A stretch of DNA of 64,000 nt from positions 16,738 through 80,737 of the IMG/VR virus record IMGVR_UViG_3300021962_000068; one strand, 5' to 3'. This document shows positions 1 through 10,113 of the stretch, one piece after another. The notes below the pieces were generated by a model. The model ran no database searches. It was not told the origin of the DNA and was given only the letters and a program-made list of their open reading frames with translations. This stretch comes from a virus. The position numbers were made by a program, and so were the translations under genes. The first letter of the stretch is position 1. The number at the start of each line of letters is the position of its first letter.

Positions 1-285
1 AATCTTTTAGGTGCAATGGATGCTCAAGACGAGATCCTAAACCGTGGCATCCAAGCCAATATTTTCATGCTGGTACATGATTCTATTGTTGCGCTAGTAA
101 AAGATAGTGATGTAGACGAGTACTGTGAGTTACTAAAAGCCTGTACACAAAAAGATCGTGGCTGTGGTATTCTTGGACACCCAATTGGTGTAGACCAAGA
201 AGTCGGACAAGACTATAGCTTTGGAAAGTTTGAAAAAGTTTACGGTTTACAAAACGGCATTTTAGTAAAAAATGCGGCTGAGTGA
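1..285 (+). CDS. DNA polymerase, family A (C-terminal fragment, gene starts before window)
   Basis: Frame open from base 1; motif C-like MLVHDSIVA; lies just upstream of the conserved ORF and D10 helicase as in T5. Confidence 0.85.
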   Translation, partial: NLLGAMDAQDEILNRGIQANIFMLVHDSIVALVKDSDVDEYCELLKACTQKDRGCGILGHPIGVDQEVGQDYSFGKFEKVYGLQNGILVKNAAE

Positions 286-802
286 TATCAACTTCCCGGT
301 ATACTTATTAGGTAAAGAAGAGCCTATGCAGCACGAAGGCATTGCTTTCTATAGTTTTGTAGAGGACATTGACGATGCTGCGCCAATACTACATTACAAG
401 ATATTGGACGATAAAAATTTACCGGGAAGTTCACTTGCTTTGCGAAGGCTAGAAATCCTAAAAAATAAAGGTCAGCTGTATAAGTTAAAAACTGCCATAT
501 TTTTTATTGGTGATTTACTAAAATTTACTCGTGGCGGTACTTGGTTTATTGATAGCAGTGGTAAGATTTTTGAGTATAAAAAATCTAAGAAAGTGCCACT
601 TATATATAAAAAAATATCTAAACTAATACCAATGCCTGCAGGTGGCGTAATAGTAGAAGTTGAAGGTCTACCTTATAGATTTAAATCACTACTACGACCA
701 GTTGTAGAACAAAAATGGGCTGGATTACTAAAAGTAAATCATGGCTATCTGCTATATGGTTTGTATACTAAACCACTAAAAAATACATACAGAATGATAT
801 GA
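272..802 (+). CDS. Conserved T5-like hypothetical protein between polymerase and D10 helicase
   Basis: 176-aa ORF overlapping both neighbours; FIDSSGKIFEYKK motif; T5-like synteny. Confidence 0.7.
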   Translation: MRLSDINFPVYLLGKEEPMQHEGIAFYSFVEDIDDAAPILHYKILDDKNLPGSSLALRRLEILKNKGQLYKLKTAIFFIGDLLKFTRGGTWFIDSSGKIFEYKKSKKVPLIYKKISKLIPMPAGGVIVEVEGLPYRFKSLLRPVVEQKWAGLLKVNHGYLLYGLYTKPLKNTYRMI

Positions 803-2097
803 CTAAAGCAATACTAAGCAACAGAATATACTTTAAACCTAAAGATGCCAATCATTACAAAGAACTAATTAAAACCTTAACGTATAAAATCGAAGGTAAA
901 CCACGACCCGGTAGCAAGATCAAACCAGTAACTATTATCCGAAACTATAAAAGTTTACCTAATGGTATAATCTCTGTGCCGCAAGGTAGACTTGATCTTG
1001 TTCCTGAAGATTATTTAGTTGAGGATAAGCGTTGTTTTAATGAAGTGCCTTTTCCTGAGCCGCGCTTTCAGCTACGCGATTCACAGCAACCAGTTTACGA
1101 CGAAGTTACAGATACGTGCTTTATTAATGCGCTAGTAGGTTGGGGTAAAACATTTACCGCACTTTGGTTAGCTAAGAAATTTGGTCAAAAGACGCTAGTA
1201 GTTACTCATACGGTGGCACTACGAGATCAGTGGTCAAAAGAAGTAGAAAGTCTTTATGGCATTAAGCCAGGAATAATTGGTGCTGGTGTGTTCGACGTAG
1301 CCGATCATTGTATAGTTGTCGGTAATGTACAAACAGTAACAAAGCTAATTCCTAGAATACACAAAGAATTTGGCACAGTTATCTTAGACGAAGCACACCA
1401 CGTACCTGCAGATACTTTTTCGCAAATTATTGATGGTATGTATGCACGTTATAGAATTGCGCTTAGTGGCACAATGAAGCGTACTGATGGCAAACACGTT
1501 ATATTCAAAGATTATTTTGGAGACCGTGTTTATAAACCACCACAGTCCCATACTATGAATCCACTAGTAAAACTAGTGCCAAGCGGCGTATTTTTAACAC
1601 ACGGAGCTATTTGGGCTAAAAAGATTAATGATTTGCTTTATAATCAAGACTATCAGGAATTTATTAGTGAAATAGCTAAACGACATATTTTATTAGGTTA
1701 TAGTGTTTTAATAGTTGCAAGTAGAGTTGAATTTCTAGAAAGTATTAAGGAGAATATAGGTGAGACGTGTGTGCTTGTTACTGGCAAAGTCGTTGGAGAT
1801 GACAGAGACAAAAATCTACAGCAAATCGATTCGGGAGAAAAAATGTGCGTTGCTGCAACCACTCGAATCTTTTCAGAAGGAATCTCAATCAATAGACTTA
1901 GCTGCGTTATACTTGCAGAACCAACATCAAACCCAATTACACTTGAGCAAGTAATCGGAAGAATTATGCGACTACATCCTGATAAAAAGGATCCAGTAGT
2001 AATTGACATTCAGTTTAGCGGTGTGGCGGATAGACGGCAAAACAATGCTCGCTTAGCTTTCTATGCCTCAAAAGATTGGCAGGTGGTTAAAGTTTAA
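799..2097 (+). CDS. D10: Superfamily 2 helicase (T5 D10-like)
   Basis: Walker A-like GWGKT, DEAH box, SGT motif III, QVIGRIMR motif VI. Confidence 0.9.
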   Translation: MTKAILSNRIYFKPKDANHYKELIKTLTYKIEGKPRPGSKIKPVTIIRNYKSLPNGIISVPQGRLDLVPEDYLVEDKRCFNEVPFPEPRFQLRDSQQPVYDEVTDTCFINALVGWGKTFTALWLAKKFGQKTLVVTHTVALRDQWSKEVESLYGIKPGIIGAGVFDVADHCIVVGNVQTVTKLIPRIHKEFGTVILDEAHHVPADTFSQIIDGMYARYRIALSGTMKRTDGKHVIFKDYFGDRVYKPPQSHTMNPLVKLVPSGVFLTHGAIWAKKINDLLYNQDYQEFISEIAKRHILLGYSVLIVASRVEFLESIKENIGETCVLVTGKVVGDDRDKNLQQIDSGEKMCVAATTRIFSEGISINRLSCVILAEPTSNPITLEQVIGRIMRLHPDKKDPVVIDIQFSGVADRRQNNARLAFYASKDWQVVKV

Positions 2098-2107
2098 AAA
2101 TTTACAC

Positions 2108-2136
2108 TTGCACGTGCATATCCAATATGCTATAAT
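2108..2136 (+). promoter_or_regulatory. sigma70-type promoter TTGCAC-N17-TATAAT
   Basis: Near-consensus hexamers with 17-bp spacer in intergenic gap. Confidence 0.8.
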
Positions 2137-2148
2137 ATTATTTCTGCA

Positions 2149-2559
2149 TTGATTATGACATTATTTTTTGACATTCAAAAATTAGAGAAACAAGCAAAAG
2201 GTAGTGATCTAAAGTTCTTAGAAATACTTGAGAACCATTATCAAATAAGCAGTTTAAAAAAAGCAAGTTTTAAAAAATTTAAATCAATTAATGGAACTAG
2301 TTATTTACTAAATCCACAAGCTCTATTTACCTTATCTAGATCAATTGATATATCTTATGTAGTTCAGTATGTGCGCTTAGCAGCCAAAAGATTATATAAC
2401 GACTACGCTATGTTTAATGATATAGGTCTAAATATCACATTTTATCCAGATATAGATTTAAATTTGCTAAAATATAACCCACTATTAAAAATTACAAACA
2501 AATATATTTATTTTAAATTCGAGGAAATTTACTATGGCACTAAGCTTCGCAAAGACTAA
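2149..2559 (+). CDS. Hypothetical protein (T5-like, upstream of D11)
   Basis: 136-aa ORF (ATG alternative at 2155) after a promoter and overlapping the D11 start. Confidence 0.65.
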   Translation: MIMTLFFDIQKLEKQAKGSDLKFLEILENHYQISSLKKASFKKFKSINGTSYLLNPQALFTLSRSIDISYVVQYVRLAAKRLYNDYAMFNDIGLNITFYPDIDLNLLKYNPLLKITNKYIYFKFEEIYYGTKLRKD

Positions 2560-3166
2560 AGGTAAAGCAATTAAATCATCTTATGAAAGCTATGAGTACA
2601 AAGATGGAGAAAATACAGTACGTTTAGTTGGTGGCATTCTACCACGATACGTTTACTGGCTAAAAGGCACTAATAACAAAGATATTCCAGTTGAGTGCCT
2701 AGCTTTTAATCGCGATAAAGAAAAATTTGATAATCTAGAAAAAGATCACGTACCTGAGTACTTTCCAGACAAAAAATGTTCTTGGGCATACTCAATTAAC
2801 TGTATCGATCCCAAAGACGGTAAAGTAAAGATCCTAAATCTCAAAAAGAAACTATTTGAGCAGATTCTAACAGCTGCTGAAGATTTAGGTGATCCAACCG
2901 ATCCAGACGAGGGATGGGATATTGTGTTTCGTAGGCAAAAAACTGGCCCACTAACATTCAATGTAGAGTATTCTCTAGCTGTTCTCAAGTGCAAAAAACG
3001 TGCACTTAGTGATGACGAGCGTGAAGCAGTTGAAGCTGCTGAAACCATTGATACTAAAGTTCCACGGGCATCTGCTGATGAAATTAAAGCTGCGCTAGAT
3101 AAAATCACTAGTGGCGCTTCAGAAGAATCAGAAGAAGATATTCCAGAAGAAGCCAAAGATCTATAA
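2534..3166 (+). CDS. D11: Single-stranded DNA-binding protein (T5 D11-like)
   Basis: GENTVRLVGGILPRYVYW and CSWAYSINCID motifs, acidic C-terminal tail, GAGG RBS, synteny. Confidence 0.85.
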   Translation: MALSFAKTKGKAIKSSYESYEYKDGENTVRLVGGILPRYVYWLKGTNNKDIPVECLAFNRDKEKFDNLEKDHVPEYFPDKKCSWAYSINCIDPKDGKVKILNLKKKLFEQILTAAEDLGDPTDPDEGWDIVFRRQKTGPLTFNVEYSLAVLKCKKRALSDDEREAVEAAETIDTKVPRASADEIKAALDKITSGASEESEEDIPEEAKDL

Positions 3167-3171
3167 TATTT

Positions 3172-3204
3172 AGCCCCTTGCCTTAATAAGGTCAGGGGCT
3201 TTTT
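3172..3204 (+). terminator. Intrinsic terminator after D11
   Basis: AGCCCCT..CCTT-AAT-AAGG..AGGGGCT stem followed by T run. Confidence 0.7.
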
Positions 3205-3209
3205 CCACT

Positions 3210-4163
3210 ATGAAGATTTTATTTACAGCTGACATTCATATTAAGCTCGGGCAAAAAAGTGTACCAGTTGCTTGGGCTAAGAATAGATATGCACTGCTAT
3301 TCAAAAATCTGCAAGACATTCAAGAAAATTGTGATATATTTATTGTTGGTGGAGACACATTTGATAGAATCCCAACAATCGAAGAATTAGAATTATTTTT
3401 TGAGTTTGTAGCTGGTTGTAAAATTCCTACTTATATTTATAGTGGGAATCACGAGGCTTTAAAGAAAAATACTACTTTTTTAACTAATTTAAAATCTACA
3501 GTAAACTTACTAAATAAAAAAGTATCAATAGTTGACACACTAACTACTATTGAAGGAATAGATTTTATACCTTATAATAAATTAAAAGAGTGGGTTCAGG
3601 ATAGCATATTGCTAGAAGCAAATAGTAAAATATTATGCACTCATGTACGTGGAGAAATTTTACCTCATGTTAAACCTGAAATTGACTTAGAGCTGTTAAA
3701 AGATTGGGATATAGTATTAGCAGGTGATTTACATAGCTATGAGAACTCTCAGTTAAATATTTTATATCCAGGTAGTCCAGTAACTACTAGCTTTCATAGA
3801 AATAAAGTTGAAACTGGAGTAATTGTACTAGACAGTGAAACACTAAAACATGAATGGATTAAACTAGAACTACCACAGCTTATTCGTAAAACAATTCAAG
3901 TCGGCGATACACCGCAAGCAACAGACTATGACCTAACAGTATACGAAGTTGAAGGTGATATTAGCGAACTAGGGGCTTTAGTAGATTCAGAATTAATTGA
4001 TAAGAAAATCTTGAAAAAAGAGAGTGATACTGCGCTTATACTTTCTCAAGAAATGTCACTAGCAGAAGAAGTATCAGAATATGCAAAATACATACTTCAA
4101 CTAAATGAAGATGTAATTGAACAAATACTAGACGAATTAAACAATAATATAAGTAGGATATAG
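3210..4163 (+). CDS. D12: SbcD/Mre11-like metallophosphoesterase nuclease (T5 D12-like)
   Basis: DIH, GDTFD, GNHE, GDLH, YPGS motifs. Confidence 0.9.
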   Translation: MKILFTADIHIKLGQKSVPVAWAKNRYALLFKNLQDIQENCDIFIVGGDTFDRIPTIEELELFFEFVAGCKIPTYIYSGNHEALKKNTTFLTNLKSTVNLLNKKVSIVDTLTTIEGIDFIPYNKLKEWVQDSILLEANSKILCTHVRGEILPHVKPEIDLELLKDWDIVLAGDLHSYENSQLNILYPGSPVTTSFHRNKVETGVIVLDSETLKHEWIKLELPQLIRKTIQVGDTPQATDYDLTVYEVEGDISELGALVDSELIDKKILKKESDTALILSQEMSLAEEVSEYAKYILQLNEDVIEQILDELNNNISRI

Positions 4164-4165
4164 TT

Positions 4166-4399
4166 ATGACAGATAAAGAAATTATTGTATGGTCAAAGAA
4201 TAATTGTCCTGCTTGTACAACAGTAAAAAATTGGTTATCTAGCAAGGGATTTGTATTCGAAGAGCGAAACATAGACGGTCCCGTTTGGTCTAAACTAGAC
4301 TTATTTAAAGATATACCAACAGCTAGAAGCGTACCCCAAACTGTAGTAAATGGAACAGTATTTATGGGTTTAGACGAATTGAGGAAGCATCTTGATTGA
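4166..4399 (+). CDS. Glutaredoxin/NrdH-like redoxin
   Basis: CPAC active site, SVPQ cis-Pro motif, 77 aa. Confidence 0.85.
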   Translation: MTDKEIIVWSKNNCPACTTVKNWLSSKGFVFEERNIDGPVWSKLDLFKDIPTARSVPQTVVNGTVFMGLDELRKHLD

Positions 4400-6185
4400 G
4401 CTAAAAACATTGGAATGGGGCAATTTATTCTCTTATGGTGATAATAATAAAATAGAGCTTAATAAAAGTCCACTAACTCAAATAGTTGGTGGTAACGGTA
4501 ACGGAAAAAGTTCTATTGCCCTAATTTTAGAAGAAGTTTTATATAATAAAAACTCAAAAGGAATTAAAAAGTCTGATATTCTTAACAGAAACTCTAAAGC
4601 TAAATCTTATTGGATTAAACTAGAGTTTGAAAAAGAAGGTAATACTTATTTAATTCATACTACTCGTGGTAGTTCCCAAACTGTAAAACTTTTAAAAAAT
4701 GGTACAGATATTAGTAGCCATACTGCTACTAGCACTTACTCTATAATTCAAGATTTATTAGGATGCGATCACAAGACTTTTACACAAATTGTTTATCAGT
4801 CCAGTAGTGCTAGTTTAGAATTTCTTACCGCTACTGATAGTAACCGTAAAAAGTTTTTGATTGAATTATTAAACTTAAGTAGATATGTAGAGGCTGGTGA
4901 AACTTTTAAAAGTTTAGTAAAAGAACTAAATGAAAAAGTAACTGCAACTAATAGTAAAATATCAACGATTAATAGTTGGATTGATAAGTACAGTAAAACA
5001 GACTTATCCTATAAAACTATAGAAGAAGTACCAGAACTACCCAAAGATCTAGTAGAAGTTTTGCAAGATCTTAAAAATAAACTAAAAGACATTGATGAGA
5101 TAAATAAAAAGCGTTCTCAAAATAAAGTTTATAAAGACGCTCGCGACAGTATAGAACTAACAATGGATCTTGAAGAGCCTACAGAGGATCTATCAGAGCT
5201 TCAAGCACAAGAAGGCGCACTTAATAAATCTATAGAGGATGCTACAGCATTTATTAAAAAGCTAAATAAACTAGGATCACACTGTCCAACTTGTGAACAA
5301 GAAGTAAATACAGGTACAGTGGCTTCTTTTATTTCAGAAAATAACAATGTAATTGAAGTTAGTACAAAAGAACTACAAGTAGTAAAAGCAACGATTAGTA
5401 ATATTAAAACGCAGCAACGTAAGTGGGACGCTGAACAAAAGAAAGTTAGAGAGTATGAAAAATATCACTCGCTATACGATCCCACTATACCAGAAGAATT
5501 ATTAGATATTGATGAACTAAATAGCGAAATCAATACAAAAAATAATGAGCTCGCCAGCATAGAAGATATTATTAAGACAAAAACGGATAAAAATAATAAG
5601 GCATTTGCACATAATGCAAAAATCGATCTTATTAAAACACAGTTAGACGATCAAAAGTCTGAATTAGCAGCACTGACCCTAGAACTCGAAAGTTATAACA
5701 AAAGATTAAATATTTTACAAATTTTAGTAAAAACATTTAGTTCAACAGGACTAATTGCTTATAAAATTGAATGTTTAATTAAAGACTTAGAGGATACTAC
5801 AAATAACTACTTAACAGAATTAAGTAGTGGTAGGTTTCAAATCACTTTTAGAGTAGAAAGTGACAAACTTAATGTTATTATTACTGATAATGGTAAAGAG
5901 ATAGAAATATCAGCATTAAGTAGTGGAGAACGCGCAAGGGTTAATGCAGCCGCTCTATTGGGTATTAGAAAGCTAATGCAAAGTATTTCTAATAATAGAA
6001 TTAATTTATTGATTCTTGATGAAACTATCGAAAACTTAGATATAGAAGGCAAAGAAAAATTAGTAGAAGTACTCCTACAAGAAGATTTCTTAAATACTTT
6101 CTTAATAAGTCACAGTTTCTCACACCCGTTACTAGAGCGTGTTTATGTTTCCAAATCAAATAACGAGTCAAAAATAGAGAGCTAA
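4392..6185 (+). CDS. D13: SbcC/Rad50-like ATPase (T5 D13-like)
   Basis: Walker A GNGNGKSS, coiled coil with CPTC zinc hook, LSSGE signature, LLILDE Walker B. Confidence 0.92.
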   Translation: MIELKTLEWGNLFSYGDNNKIELNKSPLTQIVGGNGNGKSSIALILEEVLYNKNSKGIKKSDILNRNSKAKSYWIKLEFEKEGNTYLIHTTRGSSQTVKLLKNGTDISSHTATSTYSIIQDLLGCDHKTFTQIVYQSSSASLEFLTATDSNRKKFLIELLNLSRYVEAGETFKSLVKELNEKVTATNSKISTINSWIDKYSKTDLSYKTIEEVPELPKDLVEVLQDLKNKLKDIDEINKKRSQNKVYKDARDSIELTMDLEEPTEDLSELQAQEGALNKSIEDATAFIKKLNKLGSHCPTCEQEVNTGTVASFISENNNVIEVSTKELQVVKATISNIKTQQRKWDAEQKKVREYEKYHSLYDPTIPEELLDIDELNSEINTKNNELASIEDIIKTKTDKNNKAFAHNAKIDLIKTQLDDQKSELAALTLELESYNKRLNILQILVKTFSSTGLIAYKIECLIKDLEDTTNNYLTELSSGRFQITFRVESDKLNVIITDNGKEIEISALSSGERARVNAAALLGIRKLMQSISNNRINLLILDETIENLDIEGKEKLVEVLLQEDFLNTFLISHSFSHPLLERVYVSKSNNESKIES

Positions 6186-6186
6186 T

Positions 6187-6639
6187 ATGGTCGATAGCCG
6201 TGAAAAAGGTAGTAGAGCTGAAACGGCTGTTCGTAAACTTCTTAAACAAAAAACAGGTTTAAATTGGGAGCGGACACCGGGAAGTGGTGCTTTAAATGAA
6301 AAGCATAAACTAAAAGGTGATATTTATATCCCTGATGCTAAAAATGTTTATTGTGTGGAAGTAAAACATTACAAAGACGATCATTTTAATAGTTCTTTGT
6401 TTACAGGAAAAACTCCACAACTTATTATTTGGTGGGAACAAGCAGTTAGACAAGGACTACAAACAGATCGTAAACCTCTATTAATATTTAAATTTGATAG
6501 AAGTAAGCTGTTTGTAGCCTTTCAAGATATGCCTACTAGTAGCTATAGATACGCATTTCTCAATATTGAGAATCATGAGTTCTATATTGCACTACTAGAG
6601 GATTTTTTAGAGTTTGAAAATCCAAAATTTGTAACTTGA
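6187..6639 (+). CDS. D14: PD-(D/E)XK nuclease / putative Holliday junction resolvase (T5 D14-like)
   Basis: SREKGSRAE, RTPGSGA, GD..VEVKH motifs; synteny. Confidence 0.85.
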   Translation: MVDSREKGSRAETAVRKLLKQKTGLNWERTPGSGALNEKHKLKGDIYIPDAKNVYCVEVKHYKDDHFNSSLFTGKTPQLIIWWEQAVRQGLQTDRKPLLIFKFDRSKLFVAFQDMPTSSYRYAFLNIENHEFYIALLEDFLEFENPKFVT

Positions 6640-6664
6640 AATTTTTTGGATTATGTAGTATAAT
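6636..6664 (+). promoter_or_regulatory. sigma70-type promoter TTGAAA-N17-TATAAT
   Basis: Near-consensus hexamers directly upstream of D15. Confidence 0.75.
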
Positions 6665-6688
6665 ATATGATTCAAAAAGTAAATAAAA

Positions 6689-7543
6689 ATGACTAAAAAA
6701 TTCAACGAATTAACAGAAGCTAACAATACTTTGATGATTGTTGACGGGCTCAACCTTGCATTTAGATGGAAACATAGTGGTGCAACAGAGTTTGTTGATG
6801 ACTATATCAAGACTGTTGAAAGTCTAAAAAAGAGTTATAAAGCTCGCTGGGTAGTAGTTGCCTGTGATAAAGGTAGCAGCGAGTATAGAAAGTCACTATA
6901 TCCAGACTATAAACAAAATAGAAAAGATAAATTCGAGTTACAAACCGAAGAAGATAAAGTTAAGTTTGAATTATTCTTTGAAGAATTTCAAAATACACTA
7001 GATAAGATTGAACAAGACTCTAAATATATTCTATTCAGATTTAATAAAGTAGAGGCGGACGATATTGCTGCTTTTATTGTAAAAAATAAAAAGACTTTTC
7101 CAGCTGTAGATGACATTGTACTAATATCTAGTGATAAAGACTGGGATCTTTTAATTAGTGATAATGTTATGCGTTTTAGTTATGTTACCAGAAAAGAAGT
7201 TTCGGTAGATAACTGGAGCACACACTACGACTGCGAACCTGAAGACTATATTAGTATTAAGTGTTTACAAGGTGATAGTGGCGATAATATTCCAGGCGTT
7301 CCCGGTATTGGTCCTAAAAAAGCATCTGCACTTGTAAAAGAGTATGGATCTACTTATGATATTATTGCTAATATACCAATTCAAAGTAAATATAAATATA
7401 TTCAATCACTAAATGAGTTTGGAGCAGATAATCTGCTTCGTAACTATAGGCTAATGGATCTTTTAGAGTTTTGCGACGAAGCTCTGGGACCCGATAACTG
7501 TAATGCAATACAACAACAGCTCGAGGAAAAATTAAATGTATAA
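6689..7543 (+). CDS. D15: 5'-3' flap endonuclease (T5 D15-like)
   Basis: LMIVDGLNLAFR, EADD, SSDKD, GDSGDNIPGVPGIGPK H3TH motif. Confidence 0.93.
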   Translation: MTKKFNELTEANNTLMIVDGLNLAFRWKHSGATEFVDDYIKTVESLKKSYKARWVVVACDKGSSEYRKSLYPDYKQNRKDKFELQTEEDKVKFELFFEEFQNTLDKIEQDSKYILFRFNKVEADDIAAFIVKNKKTFPAVDDIVLISSDKDWDLLISDNVMRFSYVTRKEVSVDNWSTHYDCEPEDYISIKCLQGDSGDNIPGVPGIGPKKASALVKEYGSTYDIIANIPIQSKYKYIQSLNEFGADNLLRNYRLMDLLEFCDEALGPDNCNAIQQQLEEKLNV

Positions 7544-8024
7544 TCAAGCAGTAGAAGTGCCAACGAACTATAGTCCGGTGCTTTTATATACCAGTGAATC
7601 TCCAGAATTGGCTCCAGTTAGAGCACATCCTTCAGACGCAGGGCTAGATCTAAGAGCTAAACTAGAGTATTTCATCAATCCACATCAGAGAGTTATGGTA
7701 GGCACAGGAATTAGTGTAATGATTCCTTTTGGTTATGTTGGCCTACTATTCGCAAGAAGCTCTCTTAGTAAAAAAGGACTGATACTTGCTAATTCGGTAG
7801 GTGTAATTGATAGTGATTATAGAGGCGAAATAATGGCTCCTCTTATTTTCACTCCAGTATCAGACGAACAGAATTACGCTCACATTGAAAAGTATGAGCG
7901 TATTGTACAACTAGTAATTACACCAATTCAGCTAGCTATACCTGTTGCTCATAGAGGAACAAAAGAACAGTGGTTTAATACTGCGAGAGGAAGCGAGGGC
8001 TTTGGTAGCACAGGAAAAATTTAA
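7536..8024 (+). CDS. dut: Trimeric dUTPase
   Basis: AGLDL, ARSS, GVIDSDYRGE, RGSEGFGSTG motifs. Confidence 0.95.
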   Translation: MYNQAVEVPTNYSPVLLYTSESPELAPVRAHPSDAGLDLRAKLEYFINPHQRVMVGTGISVMIPFGYVGLLFARSSLSKKGLILANSVGVIDSDYRGEIMAPLIFTPVSDEQNYAHIEKYERIVQLVITPIQLAIPVAHRGTKEQWFNTARGSEGFGSTGKI

Positions 8025-8026
8025 TT

Positions 8027-9928
8027 ATGCAAGATACTATTTACGAAACTTTTATAGCAAAATCACGATATGCTCGCTATCTAGAAACTGAGCACAGACG
8101 AGAAAATTGGCATGAAACAGTAGCACGCTACTTTGATTTTATGCAGCAGCATTTAAAAAATAAACACGACTATACCCCTGATCCAGCACTAGTAGCAAAG
8201 CTACAAGCAGCTGTAGAGGCTAAAGAAGTTTTACCCAGCATGCGGTCAATTATGACAGCGGGTGAAGCACTAGATCGTGATAATACTGCGGGTTATAACT
8301 GTAGTTATATTCCAGTAGACGATCCTAAATCGTTTGATGAAGCAATGTATATTCTTATGTGTGGTACTGGCGTTGGTTTCTCAGTAGAACGTCAATATAT
8401 TTGTAAACTACCTGAAGTACCTAATAAGATTTATGAGAGTAACACAACTATCCATGTTCACGATTCAAAGGAAGGTTGGTCCAAAGCGTTGCGCCAATTG
8501 ATAGCACTGCTATATGCTGGCGAAGCACCGCAGTGGGATATTTCAAAAGTACGTCCAAGCGGTGCACGTTTAAAAATCTTTGGCGGACGTGCGTCGGGAC
8601 CCGAACCACTAGTAGACTTATTTAAGTTTGTGGTAAAAATCTTTAAAACTGCACAAGGTCGCAGGCTAACTAGCTTAGAGTGTCACGATATTATGTGTAA
8701 GATTGGAGAAGTTGTTGTTGTAGGTGGTGTACGTAGATCGGCTATGATTTCACTATCAAATCTTAGTGATGATCGTATGAGACACGCTAAAGCAGGTGCA
8801 TGGTGGGAGCAAAATGGGCAGAGAGCTCTTGCCAATAATAGTGCTTGTTATACTGAACGTCCCGAAGTAGGCGTATTTATGCAAGAATGGCTTGCACTAT
8901 ACGAATCTAAGAGTGGAGAGCGTGGTATTTTTAATCGCGAAGCAGCCCAGAAAGTAGCAGCGAAAAATGGACGTCGTAATACAGATTGGGATTTTGGTAC
9001 AAATCCTTGTTCGGAAATTATTTTACGTCCTTATCAATTTTGTAATCTCACTAGCGTGGCGGTTAGGGCTGGAGACACTGTTGATATGGTCAGAGAAAAA
9101 TCGAAAATGGCTGCGATTTTGGGAACGTGGCAAGCAACGCTAACCAACTTTCCTTACTTACGCGATGTATGGCAGCACAATACAGAAGAAGAACGTTTAC
9201 TTGGCGTATCAATGACAGGAGCACTAGATAATGCACTATTTAATAACCCTGATGATCCTGAGCTGCCCCAGCGTCTCGAATCAATCAGAGATGCCGCAGT
9301 CACCCAAAATAAAATCACCGCCGCTGAAATTGGCATTTCACAAAGTGTTGCCGTTACAGCAATCAAGCCTGAAGGTACAGTATCTCAGTTAACAGATACT
9401 GCAAGTGGACTACATACTAGACATAGCCCGTACTATATTCGCAGAGTTCGTGGTGATGTAAAAGATCCACTAACACAGTTTATGATTCGTGCTGGCGTAC
9501 CCAGCGAGCCTTGCGTAATGAAGCCAGATACTACAGTAGTATTTAGTTTTGCTAAACGTGCTCCTACTGGTGCGCTGGTGCGTGATGGTTTAACCGCGAT
9601 TCAACATCTTAAACTATGGCTAATGTTTCAACGTCACTACTGTGAGCACAAACCTAGTGTTACTATTAGTGTTAGCGAACGTGAATGGCCTGCAGTAGGT
9701 GCTTTTGTTTGGGAGCACTTTGATGAAATGAGCGGTGTTAGTTTTCTGCCTTATGATGGTGGAAGTTATCGCCAAGCACCTTATGAAGAGTGTACTGAAG
9801 AACAATACCAAGAACTATTAGCTAAAATTCCAGACGACTTAGACTGGGATACTATTATTGAAGATACAGATAATGTAGAAGGAGTGCAAAACTTAGCGTG
9901 TACCGCTGACGGATGCGAAATTATTTAA
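8027..9928 (+). CDS. nrdJ: Class II (adenosylcobalamin-dependent) ribonucleotide reductase
   Basis: YNCS, VVGGVRRSA, TNPCSEI, KPEGTVSQL and C-terminal CTADGCEI; no beta-subunit gene follows. Confidence 0.9.
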   Translation: MQDTIYETFIAKSRYARYLETEHRRENWHETVARYFDFMQQHLKNKHDYTPDPALVAKLQAAVEAKEVLPSMRSIMTAGEALDRDNTAGYNCSYIPVDDPKSFDEAMYILMCGTGVGFSVERQYICKLPEVPNKIYESNTTIHVHDSKEGWSKALRQLIALLYAGEAPQWDISKVRPSGARLKIFGGRASGPEPLVDLFKFVVKIFKTAQGRRLTSLECHDIMCKIGEVVVVGGVRRSAMISLSNLSDDRMRHAKAGAWWEQNGQRALANNSACYTERPEVGVFMQEWLALYESKSGERGIFNREAAQKVAAKNGRRNTDWDFGTNPCSEIILRPYQFCNLTSVAVRAGDTVDMVREKSKMAAILGTWQATLTNFPYLRDVWQHNTEEERLLGVSMTGALDNALFNNPDDPELPQRLESIRDAAVTQNKITAAEIGISQSVAVTAIKPEGTVSQLTDTASGLHTRHSPYYIRRVRGDVKDPLTQFMIRAGVPSEPCVMKPDTTVVFSFAKRAPTGALVRDGLTAIQHLKLWLMFQRHYCEHKPSVTISVSEREWPAVGAFVWEHFDEMSGVSFLPYDGGSYRQAPYEECTEEQYQELLAKIPDDLDWDTIIEDTDNVEGVQNLACTADGCEII

Positions 9929-10078
9929 ATGAATAAAATAACAGTTGAAATTACAATAGACCAATTAAATTTAATTATAGCAGGATTAGAAAGCAATACA
10001 AAATCTCTAATTACTAATCTTGTACAACAAGCTCAACCACAAATAGCTCAGCAACAAGCAGAAGCTACGAGTGAATAA
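9929..10078 (+). CDS. Small hypothetical protein (49 aa, MNKITVEITIDQLNLIIAGLE...)
   Basis: ATG immediately after the nrdJ stop; ends at the terminator; below the ORF-track size cut-off. Confidence 0.6.
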   Translation: MNKITVEITIDQLNLIIAGLESNTKSLITNLVQQAQPQIAQQQAEATSE

Positions 10079-10113
10079 AAAAAGCCCAGTAGAACATCTA
10101 CTGGGCTTTTTTT
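10077..10113. terminator. Bidirectional intrinsic terminator between converging early and late operons
   Basis: A-run-GCCCAGTAGA-ACA-TCTACTGGGC-T-run perfect inverted repeat. Confidence 0.92.
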
